A stretch of DNA of 64,000 nt from contig JBMOLJ010000017.1 of assembly GCA_049324235.1 (NCBI GenBank), forward strand, positions 45,701-109,700, given 5' to 3'. The translations under genes were made by a program, and so were the position numbers. Source of the stretch: Bacillota bacterium (lineage in GTDB: Bacteria; Bacillota; Clostridia; Christensenellales; UBA1431). Shown in pieces: positions 51,120-60,058 of this stretch (position 1 is the stretch's first letter; the number at the start of each line of letters is the position of its first letter). The notes under the pieces are model-generated. The model was not told the origin of the DNA, ran no database searches, and saw only the letters and a list, made by a program, of their open reading frames with translations.

Positions 51120-51579
51120 CGAAGCATATATGAAGGAAGCTATAGCAGAGGCGGAAAAAGCGCTGGCGCTGGACGAAATCCCCATAGGCGCCGTCGTGGT
51201 TTTTGAAGGCCGCGTCATCGGGCGCGGCCATAATCTTCGGGAGACAACGGGCGACCCTACGGCGCACGCCGAAATGCTGGCGCTTCGCGAGGCCGCAAAA
51301 GTGATCGGGCACTGGCGCCTGATTGGCTGCACGCTCTACGTCACGCTGGAGCCCTGCGCCATGTGCGCAGGGGCTGTCATCAACGGGCGCGTGGACCGCG
51401 TCTGCTTCGGCGCGTATGACCCGAAAGCGGGCTGCTGCGGAACGCTTTATGACCTGCCGGGAGAAAAGAAATTCAACCACCATCCGGGAGTGGAGGGCGG
51501 CGTGCTGGAAAACACGTGCGCCGCGCTTTTGAAGGATTTCTTCGCCCGGAAACGGGCGGAACAGAAAAAAGAAGAGTAA
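51103..51579 (+). CDS. tadA: tRNA adenosine(34) deaminase
   Basis: The CDA zinc motifs HAEMLALREA and PCAMCAGA. Confidence 0.92.
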   Translation: MSGSLDEAYMKEAIAEAEKALALDEIPIGAVVVFEGRVIGRGHNLRETTGDPTAHAEMLALREAAKVIGHWRLIGCTLYVTLEPCAMCAGAVINGRVDRVCFGAYDPKAGCCGTLYDLPGEKKFNHHPGVEGGVLENTCAALLKDFFARKRAEQKKEE

Positions 51580-51607
51580 AGAGTCGATAAAAAACGACAT
51601 AGCCGCC

Positions 51608-51629
51608 AACCGCCCGTAGGGCGGTTTTT
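51608..51629. terminator. Terminator between convergent tadA and the ABC operon
   Basis: aaccgccc-gta-gggcggtt followed by ttt. A T-run is also present downstream on the minus strand. Confidence 0.7.
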
Positions 51630-51658
51630 CTATGGTAAAATAGGTTTGCGGGTTATTC

Positions 51659-52351
51659 TTATTCTTCCGAAGAATACGGATGCGTGCCCAAACGGGCGCG
51701 TGCCGAAACCATAAAGTCCGCATCATTGCGTTTTTCGTCGATTAATTCGATTGTGTCCGTGATCTGCACGGGCGGGCCGGTGATGACATGGACCGTGTCG
51801 GCGAGGCGCAGCGCTTCCTCGGGATAATGCGTTACGAGTACGAGCAAGCGGTTGAGCTTTTCTTTTTCCAGCAGCGTAAAAAGCGTTTCCTTCGCCTGCG
51901 CGTCGATGCCGCGGAACGGTTCGTCCAGCAAAAGCACATCGCCGTTGTAGGCCAGCGCGCGCGCAAGCGCGACGCGCTGGCGCATGCCGCCGCTCAGTTC
52001 ACAGGGGAGCTTCTCGGCAGATTCCGTCAGTCCCACGCGTTTAAGCCAATCCACCGCGCGTTCATGCGCATCATTGCCGCCTATAACCTGCTCGACGTTA
52101 TCGGACGCGCTTATCCAGGGCAGCAACCGGTCCTCCTGAAAGGCGAACGATACCTTTTGGTTGTCCGTGAACGTAACCGAACCGGAGTCCGGAAGCACGA
52201 TACCGGCCAGGATGTTGAAGAGCGTCGTTTTCCCGCTCCCCGACGGCCCGAAAAAACACACGCAGCCCGAATCGGGCAATTCAACAGAAAAATCCGAAAG
52301 CACTTTTTCATCGCCGAATGATTTTGAGATTTTATCCAATATGACAGCCAT
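51659..52351 (-). CDS. ABC transporter ATP-binding protein (NitT/TauT-type)
   Basis: Walker A GPSGSGKTT, signature LSGGMRQRVALARAL, Walker B LLLDEP. Confidence 0.88.
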   Translation of the reverse strand: MAVILDKISKSFGDEKVLSDFSVELPDSGCVCFFGPSGSGKTTLFNILAGIVLPDSGSVTFTDNQKVSFAFQEDRLLPWISASDNVEQVIGGNDAHERAVDWLKRVGLTESAEKLPCELSGGMRQRVALARALAYNGDVLLLDEPFRGIDAQAKETLFTLLEKEKLNRLLVLVTHYPEEALRLADTVHVITGPPVQITDTIELIDEKRNDADFMVSARARLGTHPYSSEE

Positions 52352-52371
52352 AGATTCTCCCGATAGGCGTG

Positions 52372-53154
52372 TCAGTCACGCACATTGTATTTTTGGCCTG
52401 CCCTTTTGAGCAGCAGCATAAAGCCTTTTTCCAATATAAAACTTAAGATGATGACCACGGCGGTCCACGCAAACACGTCGGTTGTCTCCAGATATATTTT
52501 TGCGCTATAGAGTTCTGTTCCTATGGAGTGCTTGGGGACACCCAGCACCTCGGCCGCAATGCCCGCCTTCCAGGCAAGGCCAATGCCGATATTGCAGGCG
52601 GCGACGAAATACGGCATGACCGAGGGAATGTAAATGCGTTTGAGCGTTTTGGAGGGGCTGAAACGGAAGACCTTAGCCATCTCCAGAAGCTTCATGCTGG
52701 TGTTCTGTATCCCTTTGTACACGTTCTCCCAGATGATGGGAAAGACCATCAAAAAGGCTGCGAAAACGGGGACACTGCCGGTATTGAGCCATATCAGCGC
52801 AAGGATGATGAACGACGAGACCGGCGTTGCGCGGATGACGCGGATGACGGGATAAAAAAGATCGTGTACGAAAGAGGACATCCTGGCCAGTACGGCAACG
52901 ACGATGCCTGCGACCACGGCCAGCAGGAAGCCCAGCACGATCCTTCCGAGCGATGCGAGCGTAGAGGCCCAGAAAGCGCTTTGTCCGGCAAGCTCAAAAA
53001 GACGCGCAAGTACCTGAGCAGGAGATACGACGAGTATCTCCTGCCCGACTATACCGTACACGGCATACCAGATAAGCAGCCATATGACGGCGATCATAGT
53101 TTTTCTGAGTATGCGTTTCCTAAAATTATTTGGCGATGTAATAGAACGCCTCAT
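52372..53154 (-). CDS. ABC transporter permease (NitT/TauT-type, BPD_transp_1)
   Basis: 260 aa with 6 TM segments and an EAA-like loop (MAKVFRFSPSKTLKRIYIPSVMPY). Confidence 0.85.
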   Translation of the reverse strand: MRRSITSPNNFRKRILRKTMIAVIWLLIWYAVYGIVGQEILVVSPAQVLARLFELAGQSAFWASTLASLGRIVLGFLLAVVAGIVVAVLARMSSFVHDLFYPVIRVIRATPVSSFIILALIWLNTGSVPVFAAFLMVFPIIWENVYKGIQNTSMKLLEMAKVFRFSPSKTLKRIYIPSVMPYFVAACNIGIGLAWKAGIAAEVLGVPKHSIGTELYSAKIYLETTDVFAWTAVVIILSFILEKGFMLLLKRAGQKYNVRD

Positions 53155-54136
53155 TCGGGAGTTTGCCTCCTACAGATTTCGGGTTTGCCGCAAAAAGGAC
53201 ATTCAGGACAGGCTGCAGCATCGTTTTCATGGCTTCGCCGTCCACATAGACGATGTTGCAGTTGGGAATGGCCTTTTCCGCCAGCGCCGCAGATGTGAGG
53301 ATACCGTATTTCTCGATAAGGGCCGACGCTTCTTTGACATTGCCGTTTACATACTCGGTGGAGGCCTTGTACTCTGCGAGGAAATCTTTTAAAGCCTGCG
53401 GATTTTGCTCTGCAAAATCCTTGCGAACGATCATGACGCCCATCGCGAGTTCGCTTTGCTCGTTGCCTTTGATGCCGTTCCATTCTTTTGTAAGGTTCAG
53501 CGCGACACGGACATTTTTGTTCTTCTGCGTGACCGTGGTGACGAACGGCTCGGGAAGCATGGCGAGATTTACCTTGCCCGACGAAACCAGTGTGGCAAGT
53601 TCGGAATGCTCGGCCTTGTATTCGATGTTCACATCTTTCTCGGGGTCGATGCCGTTTTTGGAAAGAATGTAATCCAGCGCGTATTCGGGCGTTGCGCCCT
53701 GCCCGGTCGCGTAAACCGTTTTGCCTTTCAAATCGGCAAGCGATTTTACCGTATTGCCGTTTTCAACAACGTACAGCACGCCCAGCGTGTTGATCGCGAG
53801 CAACTGGACTTTTCCGTTGGTCTTGTTATACAGGGATGCGGCCAGGTTCGTGGGTACGGCTGCAATGTCAACCTCTCCCGTGGTGATCTTCGCAACAATA
53901 GCGTCCGGGGCACCGGTGAGATTGAACGTATAATCGTTTTTCGCCGTGCCCTTATTCATATCATCCATTATTTTGGCAAGCCCCATGCCGGTCGGGCCGA
54001 TGAGCGCCGCAACGTTCACCTTTGTTTTTGCTGCCGCAGGGGTTGCAGAGGGAGCGGTCTGGTTGGCTGTACAGCCTGCTACGAGCGCCAGTATCAGAAC
54101 GAGTGCTGTGAACAGTACAATAGTCCTTTTTTTCAT
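53126..54136 (-). CDS. ABC substrate-binding lipoprotein (NMT1/THI5-like / aliphatic-sulfonate-type SBP)
   Basis: ATG at 54136 follows GGAAGGTGG. Signal peptide with lipobox LALVAGC. The family call is by fold-pattern resemblance only, and the substrate is unknown. Confidence 0.75.
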   Translation of the reverse strand: MKKRTIVLFTALVLILALVAGCTANQTAPSATPAAAKTKVNVAALIGPTGMGLAKIMDDMNKGTAKNDYTFNLTGAPDAIVAKITTGEVDIAAVPTNLAASLYNKTNGKVQLLAINTLGVLYVVENGNTVKSLADLKGKTVYATGQGATPEYALDYILSKNGIDPEKDVNIEYKAEHSELATLVSSGKVNLAMLPEPFVTTVTQKNKNVRVALNLTKEWNGIKGNEQSELAMGVMIVRKDFAEQNPQALKDFLAEYKASTEYVNGNVKEASALIEKYGILTSAALAEKAIPNCNIVYVDGEAMKTMLQPVLNVLFAANPKSVGGKLPNEAFYYIAK

Positions 54137-54180
54137 AATTACCACCTTCCATTTTTTTTGAAATGATATACTGTAATGCT

Positions 54181-54861
54181 TTATTGACATAAAGACTGCA
54201 GTCCGGCCTTGTTGAGGATGCGGATATGTTTCCCGTTGCGCTCGATCAGCCCCGATTCGGTGAGCGCATCCAGCGCGCGGTAGAGGGAGGCGCGGCCGAG
54301 GTTCAGCACTTTAGCGAGGTTTTTCAGGCTTACCGGAAAATAAACCGCGGTTTCTCCCTCGGAGATGTCCAGCAGGTACCAGGCCAGCCTGCTTTCGGCA
54401 CTGGCTTGCGTAAAGCTGTCTATTTTCCGGTTTAAAAAACGTATCCTCTGCGATAAAAACGCCAGATAGTTCTCGACCAGCGTGAAATTCCGGCGCATGC
54501 ATTCCGTCAGCAGGTCCTGCCGTATGAACAGGATTGCGGACGGTTCCAGCGCTAGGACTTCGGACACATACTCTTCGTCATCCTGAAACAGAATGGCGGC
54601 CCCGAAAAGGCATGGAGGGGTCAGGCGGTTGAGTATGACCGTATGTCCCGCGCTTTTTTTACGCACTTCGGCCTTGCCTGAGAGCAAAATGCCAAGGCTC
54701 CTGCGGTAATGGTTTTTGCTGTAGATGATCTGGCCGCTCTCGAAACGCAGCATTTCCGCACGGCTGTCGCTGAGCATATCCTGCAGGACATCGGAGTCCA
54801 CGCCACGGAAAAGATCGATGGACTTCAAAAGATCCATGAAGTTTTTATCGGCTGAAACCAT
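54181..54861 (-). CDS. Crp/Fnr-family transcriptional regulator
   Basis: A cNMP-binding-like N-terminal domain (LFRGVDSDVL...) and the C-terminal HTH NLAKVLNLGRASLYRALDALTESGLI. Confidence 0.85.
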   Translation of the reverse strand: MVSADKNFMDLLKSIDLFRGVDSDVLQDMLSDSRAEMLRFESGQIIYSKNHYRRSLGILLSGKAEVRKKSAGHTVILNRLTPPCLFGAAILFQDDEEYVSEVLALEPSAILFIRQDLLTECMRRNFTLVENYLAFLSQRIRFLNRKIDSFTQASAESRLAWYLLDISEGETAVYFPVSLKNLAKVLNLGRASLYRALDALTESGLIERNGKHIRILNKAGLQSLCQ

Positions 54862-54984
54862 GGGCCCTCCCGCAATAGTGTCTCACATGATACATTATTA
54901 TAGATGGATGCGGCAGATTCGTCAATGAGATATTTTTCAAATTTATGGAAAGTTTTATGCAATCAAGGGCAGACAGGTAAAGAA

Positions 54985-55013
54985 TTGCAAAACACACAGT
55001 GCATCTGTATAAT
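54985..55013 (+). promoter_or_regulatory. Promoter of the CoA-transferase operon
   Basis: TTGCAA (54985-90), 17-nt spacer, TATAAT (55008-13). Confidence 0.65.
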
Positions 55014-55099
55014 GGACAAGGATGCAACAAGACGGCTTTGGACGCAGGGCAAGGCAAGAGTCTGGCATATTATCAAAAGTTTGCGGAGGTAGCATAAGG

Positions 55100-55762
55100 T
55101 TGAAGCAGAAAATCATGTCTGCACAGGAGGCGCTTGCGCCCGTTAAACCGGGCGCATCCATTATGATTGGGGGTTTTTTGCAAAGCGGATCGCCCGATTG
55201 CCTGATCCGGGCGCTGGTCAGGCACGGCGCGGACGGGTTATGCATCATCAGCAGCGATTCGGGAAACGAACGCACGGCGGGGCCGGAACTGATGGGTAGC
55301 GGACTGGTCAAAAAAGTAATCAATTCCTATATAGGGTGCAATCCGGTAACGGTCAGGATGATCATGGAAGGCAGGATAGAATCCGATGTGTATCCCATGG
55401 GCACCTTTGTGGAGAAGATACGCGCGGGCGGTTGCGGCCTTGGAGCGGTGATTACCGACGTCGGGCTGGGCACGCTGTATGCCGAAGGCAAACCCACCAT
55501 CGAACTGGAAGGGAAAACATATCTGATTGAGATGCCGCTCAAAGCTGATGTCGCTATTATTCACGGCGCAGTGGCCGATGAACGGGGAAATCTGGCGCTC
55601 AGGGGCACCGCGCATAATTATACGCTGTGGATGGCGATGGCCGCAGATTACGTAGTTGCCGAGGCGGACGAGATCGTGTCGGTGGGCGTGCTCGATCCGG
55701 AGACGGTCGACGTGCCCGGCATACTGGTCGACGCGCTGGTAAAGGCAGGTGACGCCGCATGA
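55100..55762 (+). CDS. Family-I CoA-transferase, subunit A (AtoD/ScoA-like)
   Basis: Motifs SAQEALAPVKPGASIMIGGF and GAVADERGNL. TTG at 55100, 10 nt after GGAGG; an alternative ATG is at 55115. The track ORF starting at 55022 is an upstream extension. Confidence 0.85.
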   Translation: MKQKIMSAQEALAPVKPGASIMIGGFLQSGSPDCLIRALVRHGADGLCIISSDSGNERTAGPELMGSGLVKKVINSYIGCNPVTVRMIMEGRIESDVYPMGTFVEKIRAGGCGLGAVITDVGLGTLYAEGKPTIELEGKTYLIEMPLKADVAIIHGAVADERGNLALRGTAHNYTLWMAMAADYVVAEADEIVSVGVLDPETVDVPGILVDALVKAGDAA

Positions 55763-56391
55763 ATACGAAGGAGTTGATCGCGAGCCGCATCGCGCAGTTG
55801 CTATGCGACGGAGAGGTCGTAAACCTTGGCATAGGCATCCCGACTCTGGTTCCGCGTTTCGTGCCGGATGGCGTGGACATCCTGTTGCATTCGGACAACG
55901 GGATACTGGGCATCGGTCCCGAGCCGGAGCCTGAGGCGCGCTCGCGCGATCTTATCGACGCGGGAGGAGAATATGCAACGGCCTTGCCGGGCGCGGTTTT
56001 CCTGGACAGCGCGACAGATTTCGGGCTGATCAGGGGCGGCCACCTGGACGTGGCCGTGCTGGGCGCGCTGGAGGTGGACCAGTACGGCGGGATTGCGAGC
56101 TGGGACATCCCGGGCGTGCGCTCGCACGGGATAGGCGGATCCATGGACCTGTGCACCGGCGCGAAAAGGGTCATCGTGGGCATGACGCACTGCAACAGGG
56201 ACGGCGCGTCAAAGGTGCTCAGGCGGTGCCGTTTGCCGCTCACTGCCACGGGCGTGGTGAAGACCGTCGTCACCGACCTTTGCGTGATGCAGGTGGAACC
56301 GCCGGTGCTGGTGGTCACCGCGCTCATGCCCTGCGTAACGAAGGAAATGGTGCTGTTGGCAACGGAAGCCGACCTGGAATTCAGGATATAG
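55759..56391 (+). CDS. Family-I CoA-transferase, subunit B (AtoA/ScoB-like) with SDNG in place of SENG
   Basis: It is collinear with E. coli AtoA (VNLGIGIPT..., GGSMDL, KVLRRCRLPLT). Codon 46 is GAC (55894-55896), so the motif reads HSDNG where AtoA has QSENG. Confidence 0.85.
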   Translation: MNTKELIASRIAQLLCDGEVVNLGIGIPTLVPRFVPDGVDILLHSDNGILGIGPEPEPEARSRDLIDAGGEYATALPGAVFLDSATDFGLIRGGHLDVAVLGALEVDQYGGIASWDIPGVRSHGIGGSMDLCTGAKRVIVGMTHCNRDGASKVLRRCRLPLTATGVVKTVVTDLCVMQVEPPVLVVTALMPCVTKEMVLLATEADLEFRI

Positions 56392-56405
56392 AATGGTTAA
56401 ATTGG

Positions 56406-56451
56406 AGCGGGGCCGTAACTGCGATAATGCGGAGTACGGCCCCGCTTTTTT
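56406..56451 (+). terminator. Intrinsic terminator after the CoA-transferase operon
   Basis: A 12-bp stem agcggggccgta...tacggccccgct followed by ttttt. Confidence 0.85.
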
Positions 56452-56526
56452 ATCGATTTTTATGGTAAATGGATTAAAACCATATTATGATTATGAGAAA
56501 GGTTTTCAGTGAGAGGATATCAGCCT

Positions 56527-57228
56527 ATGGCGTTCATTGAACTGGAGGAAGTCCAAAAAACATACCGTATGGGCGAAGTCCTTATCCATGCGGTTGACAA
56601 AATAAGCTTCTCGGTTGAAAAGGGCGAGTTCGTGGTCATCGCGGGGCCGAGCGGGGCCGGAAAGACGACGGTGCTCAACATCATCGGCGGCATGGATACG
56701 TGCGACGGCGGACGCATGACAATCGACGGCGAGCTGGTAAGCGGATACGATGCCCGCAGGCTGACGCAGTACCGCAGGCACGATATCGGCTTCGTCTTCC
56801 AGTTTTACAATCTGGTGCACAACCTGACCGCCCTGGAAAACGTCGAGCTTGCGTCGCAGATCTGCGATAATCCGCTGGACCCTGACATCATTCTCAACGA
56901 GGTTGGCCTGTCCGGGCGGAAAAACAATTTTCCCGCACAGCTTTCAGGTGGCGAGCAGCAGCGCGTTGCCATTGCGCGCGCGCTTGCCAAGAACCCGAAG
57001 CTCATGCTCTGCGACGAGCCGACGGGCGCGCTCGACTATGTCACGGGCAAGCAGATACTTAACCTCCTTCAGGAAACCTGCAGGAAACGGGGCATGACCG
57101 TTATTGTGATCACGCACAATTTAGCCATTGCGCCCATTGCCGACCGCGTAATCAGGATCAAAAACGGAAAGGCAAGCGATATACGCATCAACGAGAACCC
57201 TGCTTTAGTGGGAAGCATCGAGTGGTAG
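56527..57228 (+). CDS. ABC transporter ATP-binding protein (MacB/LolD/FtsE-like)
   Basis: Walker [10 protein letters not shown], signature [15 protein letters not shown], Walker [12 protein letters not shown] at 56527 after GAGAGGA. Confidence 0.88.
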   Translation: MAFIELEEVQKTYRMGEVLIHAVDKISFSVEKGEFVVIAGPSGAGKTTVLNIIGGMDTCDGGRMTIDGELVSGYDARRLTQYRRHDIGFVFQFYNLVHNLTALENVELASQICDNPLDPDIILNEVGLSGRKNNFPAQLSGGEQQRVAIARALAKNPKLMLCDEPTGALDYVTGKQILNLLQETCRKRGMTVIVITHNLAIAPIADRVIRIKNGKASDIRINENPALVGSIEW

Positions 57229-57229
57229 C

Positions 57230-59749
57230 ATGAACGAAACGCTGATAAAAAACCTTTTCAGGGAAATATGGCGCACAAAAGCGCGCTTTCTTTCGATCCT
57301 CATCATATCCATGGTGGGTGTTGCTTTTTTTGTGGGCGTAAGGAGCTCGGGTCCGTCCATGAAATCGTCGGCGGACGCATATTTCGACGGGCACGATATG
57401 GCGGACATCATGATCGTTTCCTATGGCAGCCTGTCGGAAAACGACCTTGACGCCATACGCGCTGTGGAAGGTGTTGACACAGTGCAGCCGGGCATGACCG
57501 GCGATGCGATGATGCAGTACGAGCAGGACGGGTCAAAAACCGAGATCGCCATAACGCTCCGTTCGATGCCCATCAGGCAGACGGACCCCGAATGGAACGG
57601 GAAGCCCGCCGTTATCAAATTGCCCGACGCGGATATCGACACGCAGCCGGACGTATGGCTGAACCGGCTGGAGGTAGCAGCGGGCAGGCTGCCTGCAAAC
57701 GATTTTGAATGCATCATAGATTCCAGGATAACGCTTTCGACCGACATCGGCATCGGGGACGTGGTTGCATTCTCCAACAACGGAACAGCACGTGATCTCC
57801 AGATCGTCGGAATCGCGGATTCGCCGCTGTATATTTCGTACAGCCGCGGCAACAGTACGCTGGGGAACGGCAAAAGCGGCGGTTTTGTTTATGTTTCGGG
57901 AAATATCATAAAGGCGCTGGGGCCAAAACTTCCCGTGACGGCAAAGCTCTTTGCGAGCTACTCGACCATTGACGTAAAGGTCGCGGGCGCAAAGGAACTC
58001 GATTGCTTCGGCAAAGAATACGCAGCGCTGGTCGACACGGTCAAACAACGCATCGAAAAACTCGACGACAACGAAAAGGATGCATGGAAGGTCAACCTTA
58101 GGGAAAAGAACAACGAAAGCTACGCAAACTACAAGGACGCCGCCGACAGCCTCGATACCATCGGACAGGTATTCCCGCTGATATTCTTTATTGTTGCGGC
58201 GCTGGTCAGCTTGACGACCATGACGCGCATGATAGAGGAAAAGCGTGTGCAGATCGGAACCTTAAAGGCGCTCGGGTTCGGTACGGGCCTGATCATTTCC
58301 GAATACTTGGCCTATGCAATCGGCGCAAGCCTCATAGGCGGCATGGCCGGTGTCATCATAGGGTATCAGTTCTTCCCGCCGCTGATCCTGTCGTCCTACG
58401 GCGTTGTGTACTCGATTACCTCCTATGCGCCGGTGCTCAATACGTTGCAGGCGGTGATTGCCGTTTTGGCGGTGGTGGGCAGCACTGCGCTCGCAACGCT
58501 GCTGGCGTGCAAAAAGGAACTGCGGGCAATGCCCGCAGCACTCATGCGGCCGCGGGCCCCGCGCAAGGGCAAACGCATCTTTTTGGAGCGTATTCGAATC
58601 ATCTGGAAGCGGCTGTCGTTTACCCGTAAAGTCACGCTGCGCAACCTTTTCAGGTACAAGCCGAGGTTCTTCATGAGCGTGATCGGTATCGCGGGAAGCT
58701 GCGCGCTTCTGGTTACCGGTTTTGGGTTGCAGGATTCGGTTCTGGGGATGTACGATAAACAGTTCGGCGAATTATGGCACTACGATATGACCGGCTATCT
58801 GGCAAAGAACCAGACGCCGTCCGAGAACAAGGCCTTGTCGGACAGCCTTCCGAAACGGCCGGATATTGACAGCGTGCTGTTTGCGTATGAGCAGGGGATA
58901 GAGATCACAAATCCCGCAAACGGCAAGGTCTATTCCGCGTATTTAAACGGTATTTATGACGAAAATACGTTTTCCAAGATGATCAGCCTGAAGACGGAGG
59001 ACCGTCCGCTGAAACTCACCGACGAAGGCGCCGTCATCACGCAGAAGATCGCAAACGCCCTGAAACTGAAAACCGGCGATACCTTGGTCTTTACGCTGGA
59101 TTCAAAGGAATACAAGGCAAAGGTATCGGGCATAACCGAGAACTATATTTTTCATTACGTTTATATGAACGACGCGTATTACCGGAAAGTTTTCGATAAA
59201 CCTATGCCGTTCAACCAGTTCAGGCTTGGCGTCAGCGACGACGAAAAAGGGGATGCGATAGCGAAAGAACTGCTCTTGGACGAGCGGGTGGCCATGGTGG
59301 TGAGCATATCGAAATTCAAGGATACGCTCAAAGACATGGTCACGACGATTAATTCCGTTGTATGGGTTTTGATCGTATCTTCGGCCGTGCTGCTGTTCGT
59401 GGTGATGTTCAATCTGACGAATATCAACATCGCGGAAAGGGAAAGGGAACTGGCCACGCTCAAGCTCCTCGGGTTCTACGACAGGGAGACGTATCAGTAT
59501 ATCTACCGGGAGAACAGGTTCCTCACTGTGATCGGAGCGGCGGCGGGCCTTTTCCTGGGCGTGTGGATGCATTATCTGGTGACAAACTCGATAGAGGTTG
59601 GCAACGCCATGTTCGTGCGAGAAATCGAGTTTACGAGCTATATATTTGCGGCCGTTCTGACCATGGCTTTTTCGGAAATGGTAAACGTGGTCATGCGGCG
59701 CAGGATCCGCCGCATCAATATGGTGGAATCCCTCAAGAGCGTTGAATGA
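57230..59749 (+). CDS. ABC transporter permease with two FtsX-type modules and large extracytoplasmic domains
   Basis: 839 aa. Two copies of the FtsX 4-TM pattern (..RVQIGTLKALGF.. and ..ERELATLKLLGF..), each preceded by a large soluble loop. Confidence 0.85.
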   Translation: MNETLIKNLFREIWRTKARFLSILIISMVGVAFFVGVRSSGPSMKSSADAYFDGHDMADIMIVSYGSLSENDLDAIRAVEGVDTVQPGMTGDAMMQYEQDGSKTEIAITLRSMPIRQTDPEWNGKPAVIKLPDADIDTQPDVWLNRLEVAAGRLPANDFECIIDSRITLSTDIGIGDVVAFSNNGTARDLQIVGIADSPLYISYSRGNSTLGNGKSGGFVYVSGNIIKALGPKLPVTAKLFASYSTIDVKVAGAKELDCFGKEYAALVDTVKQRIEKLDDNEKDAWKVNLREKNNESYANYKDAADSLDTIGQVFPLIFFIVAALVSLTTMTRMIEEKRVQIGTLKALGFGTGLIISEYLAYAIGASLIGGMAGVIIGYQFFPPLILSSYGVVYSITSYAPVLNTLQAVIAVLAVVGSTALATLLACKKELRAMPAALMRPRAPRKGKRIFLERIRIIWKRLSFTRKVTLRNLFRYKPRFFMSVIGIAGSCALLVTGFGLQDSVLGMYDKQFGELWHYDMTGYLAKNQTPSENKALSDSLPKRPDIDSVLFAYEQGIEITNPANGKVYSAYLNGIYDENTFSKMISLKTEDRPLKLTDEGAVITQKIANALKLKTGDTLVFTLDSKEYKAKVSGITENYIFHYVYMNDAYYRKVFDKPMPFNQFRLGVSDDEKGDAIAKELLLDERVAMVVSISKFKDTLKDMVTTINSVVWVLIVSSAVLLFVVMFNLTNINIAERERELATLKLLGFYDRETYQYIYRENRFLTVIGAAAGLFLGVWMHYLVTNSIEVGNAMFVREIEFTSYIFAAVLTMAFSEMVNVVMRRRIRRINMVESLKSVE

Positions 59750-60058
59750 GAAGGGGCGAAAATAATGAAAAAACGCCTTGAAATACGTGTTTTTATTGTG
59801 TGCTTTGCGGGTACATATTAGCATCGGGAGTTTTTGCTAAAGAGAGGCGTTGTTCATGAAAACCTGTATCTGCAAAAATATAAAAACGAAAATAATTTTA
59901 ACAATGGCGTTGCTCTTTTTCATTTACTGCACGTGTTTCAGTTTTACGCCTGCCCTGGCGTGAATCGGGGAGCCCATAGCAAAAACAGTTCAGACAAGCG
60001 GGGACATGTTCAGACGATGCCGGCTTGTTTTTCATTTATGGATTTTTGCCAAGTTCTG

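Noticed and set aside
54862-54984. A search for a Crp/Fnr-type box (TTGAT-N4-ATCAA or TGTGA-N6-TCACA) between the Crp/Fnr regulator gene and the CoA-transferase promoter.
   Set aside because: Only a single ATCAA half-site with a poor partner (ttttatgcaATCAA) and an asymmetric tgtctcacatgataca were found. That is not enough to call a site.
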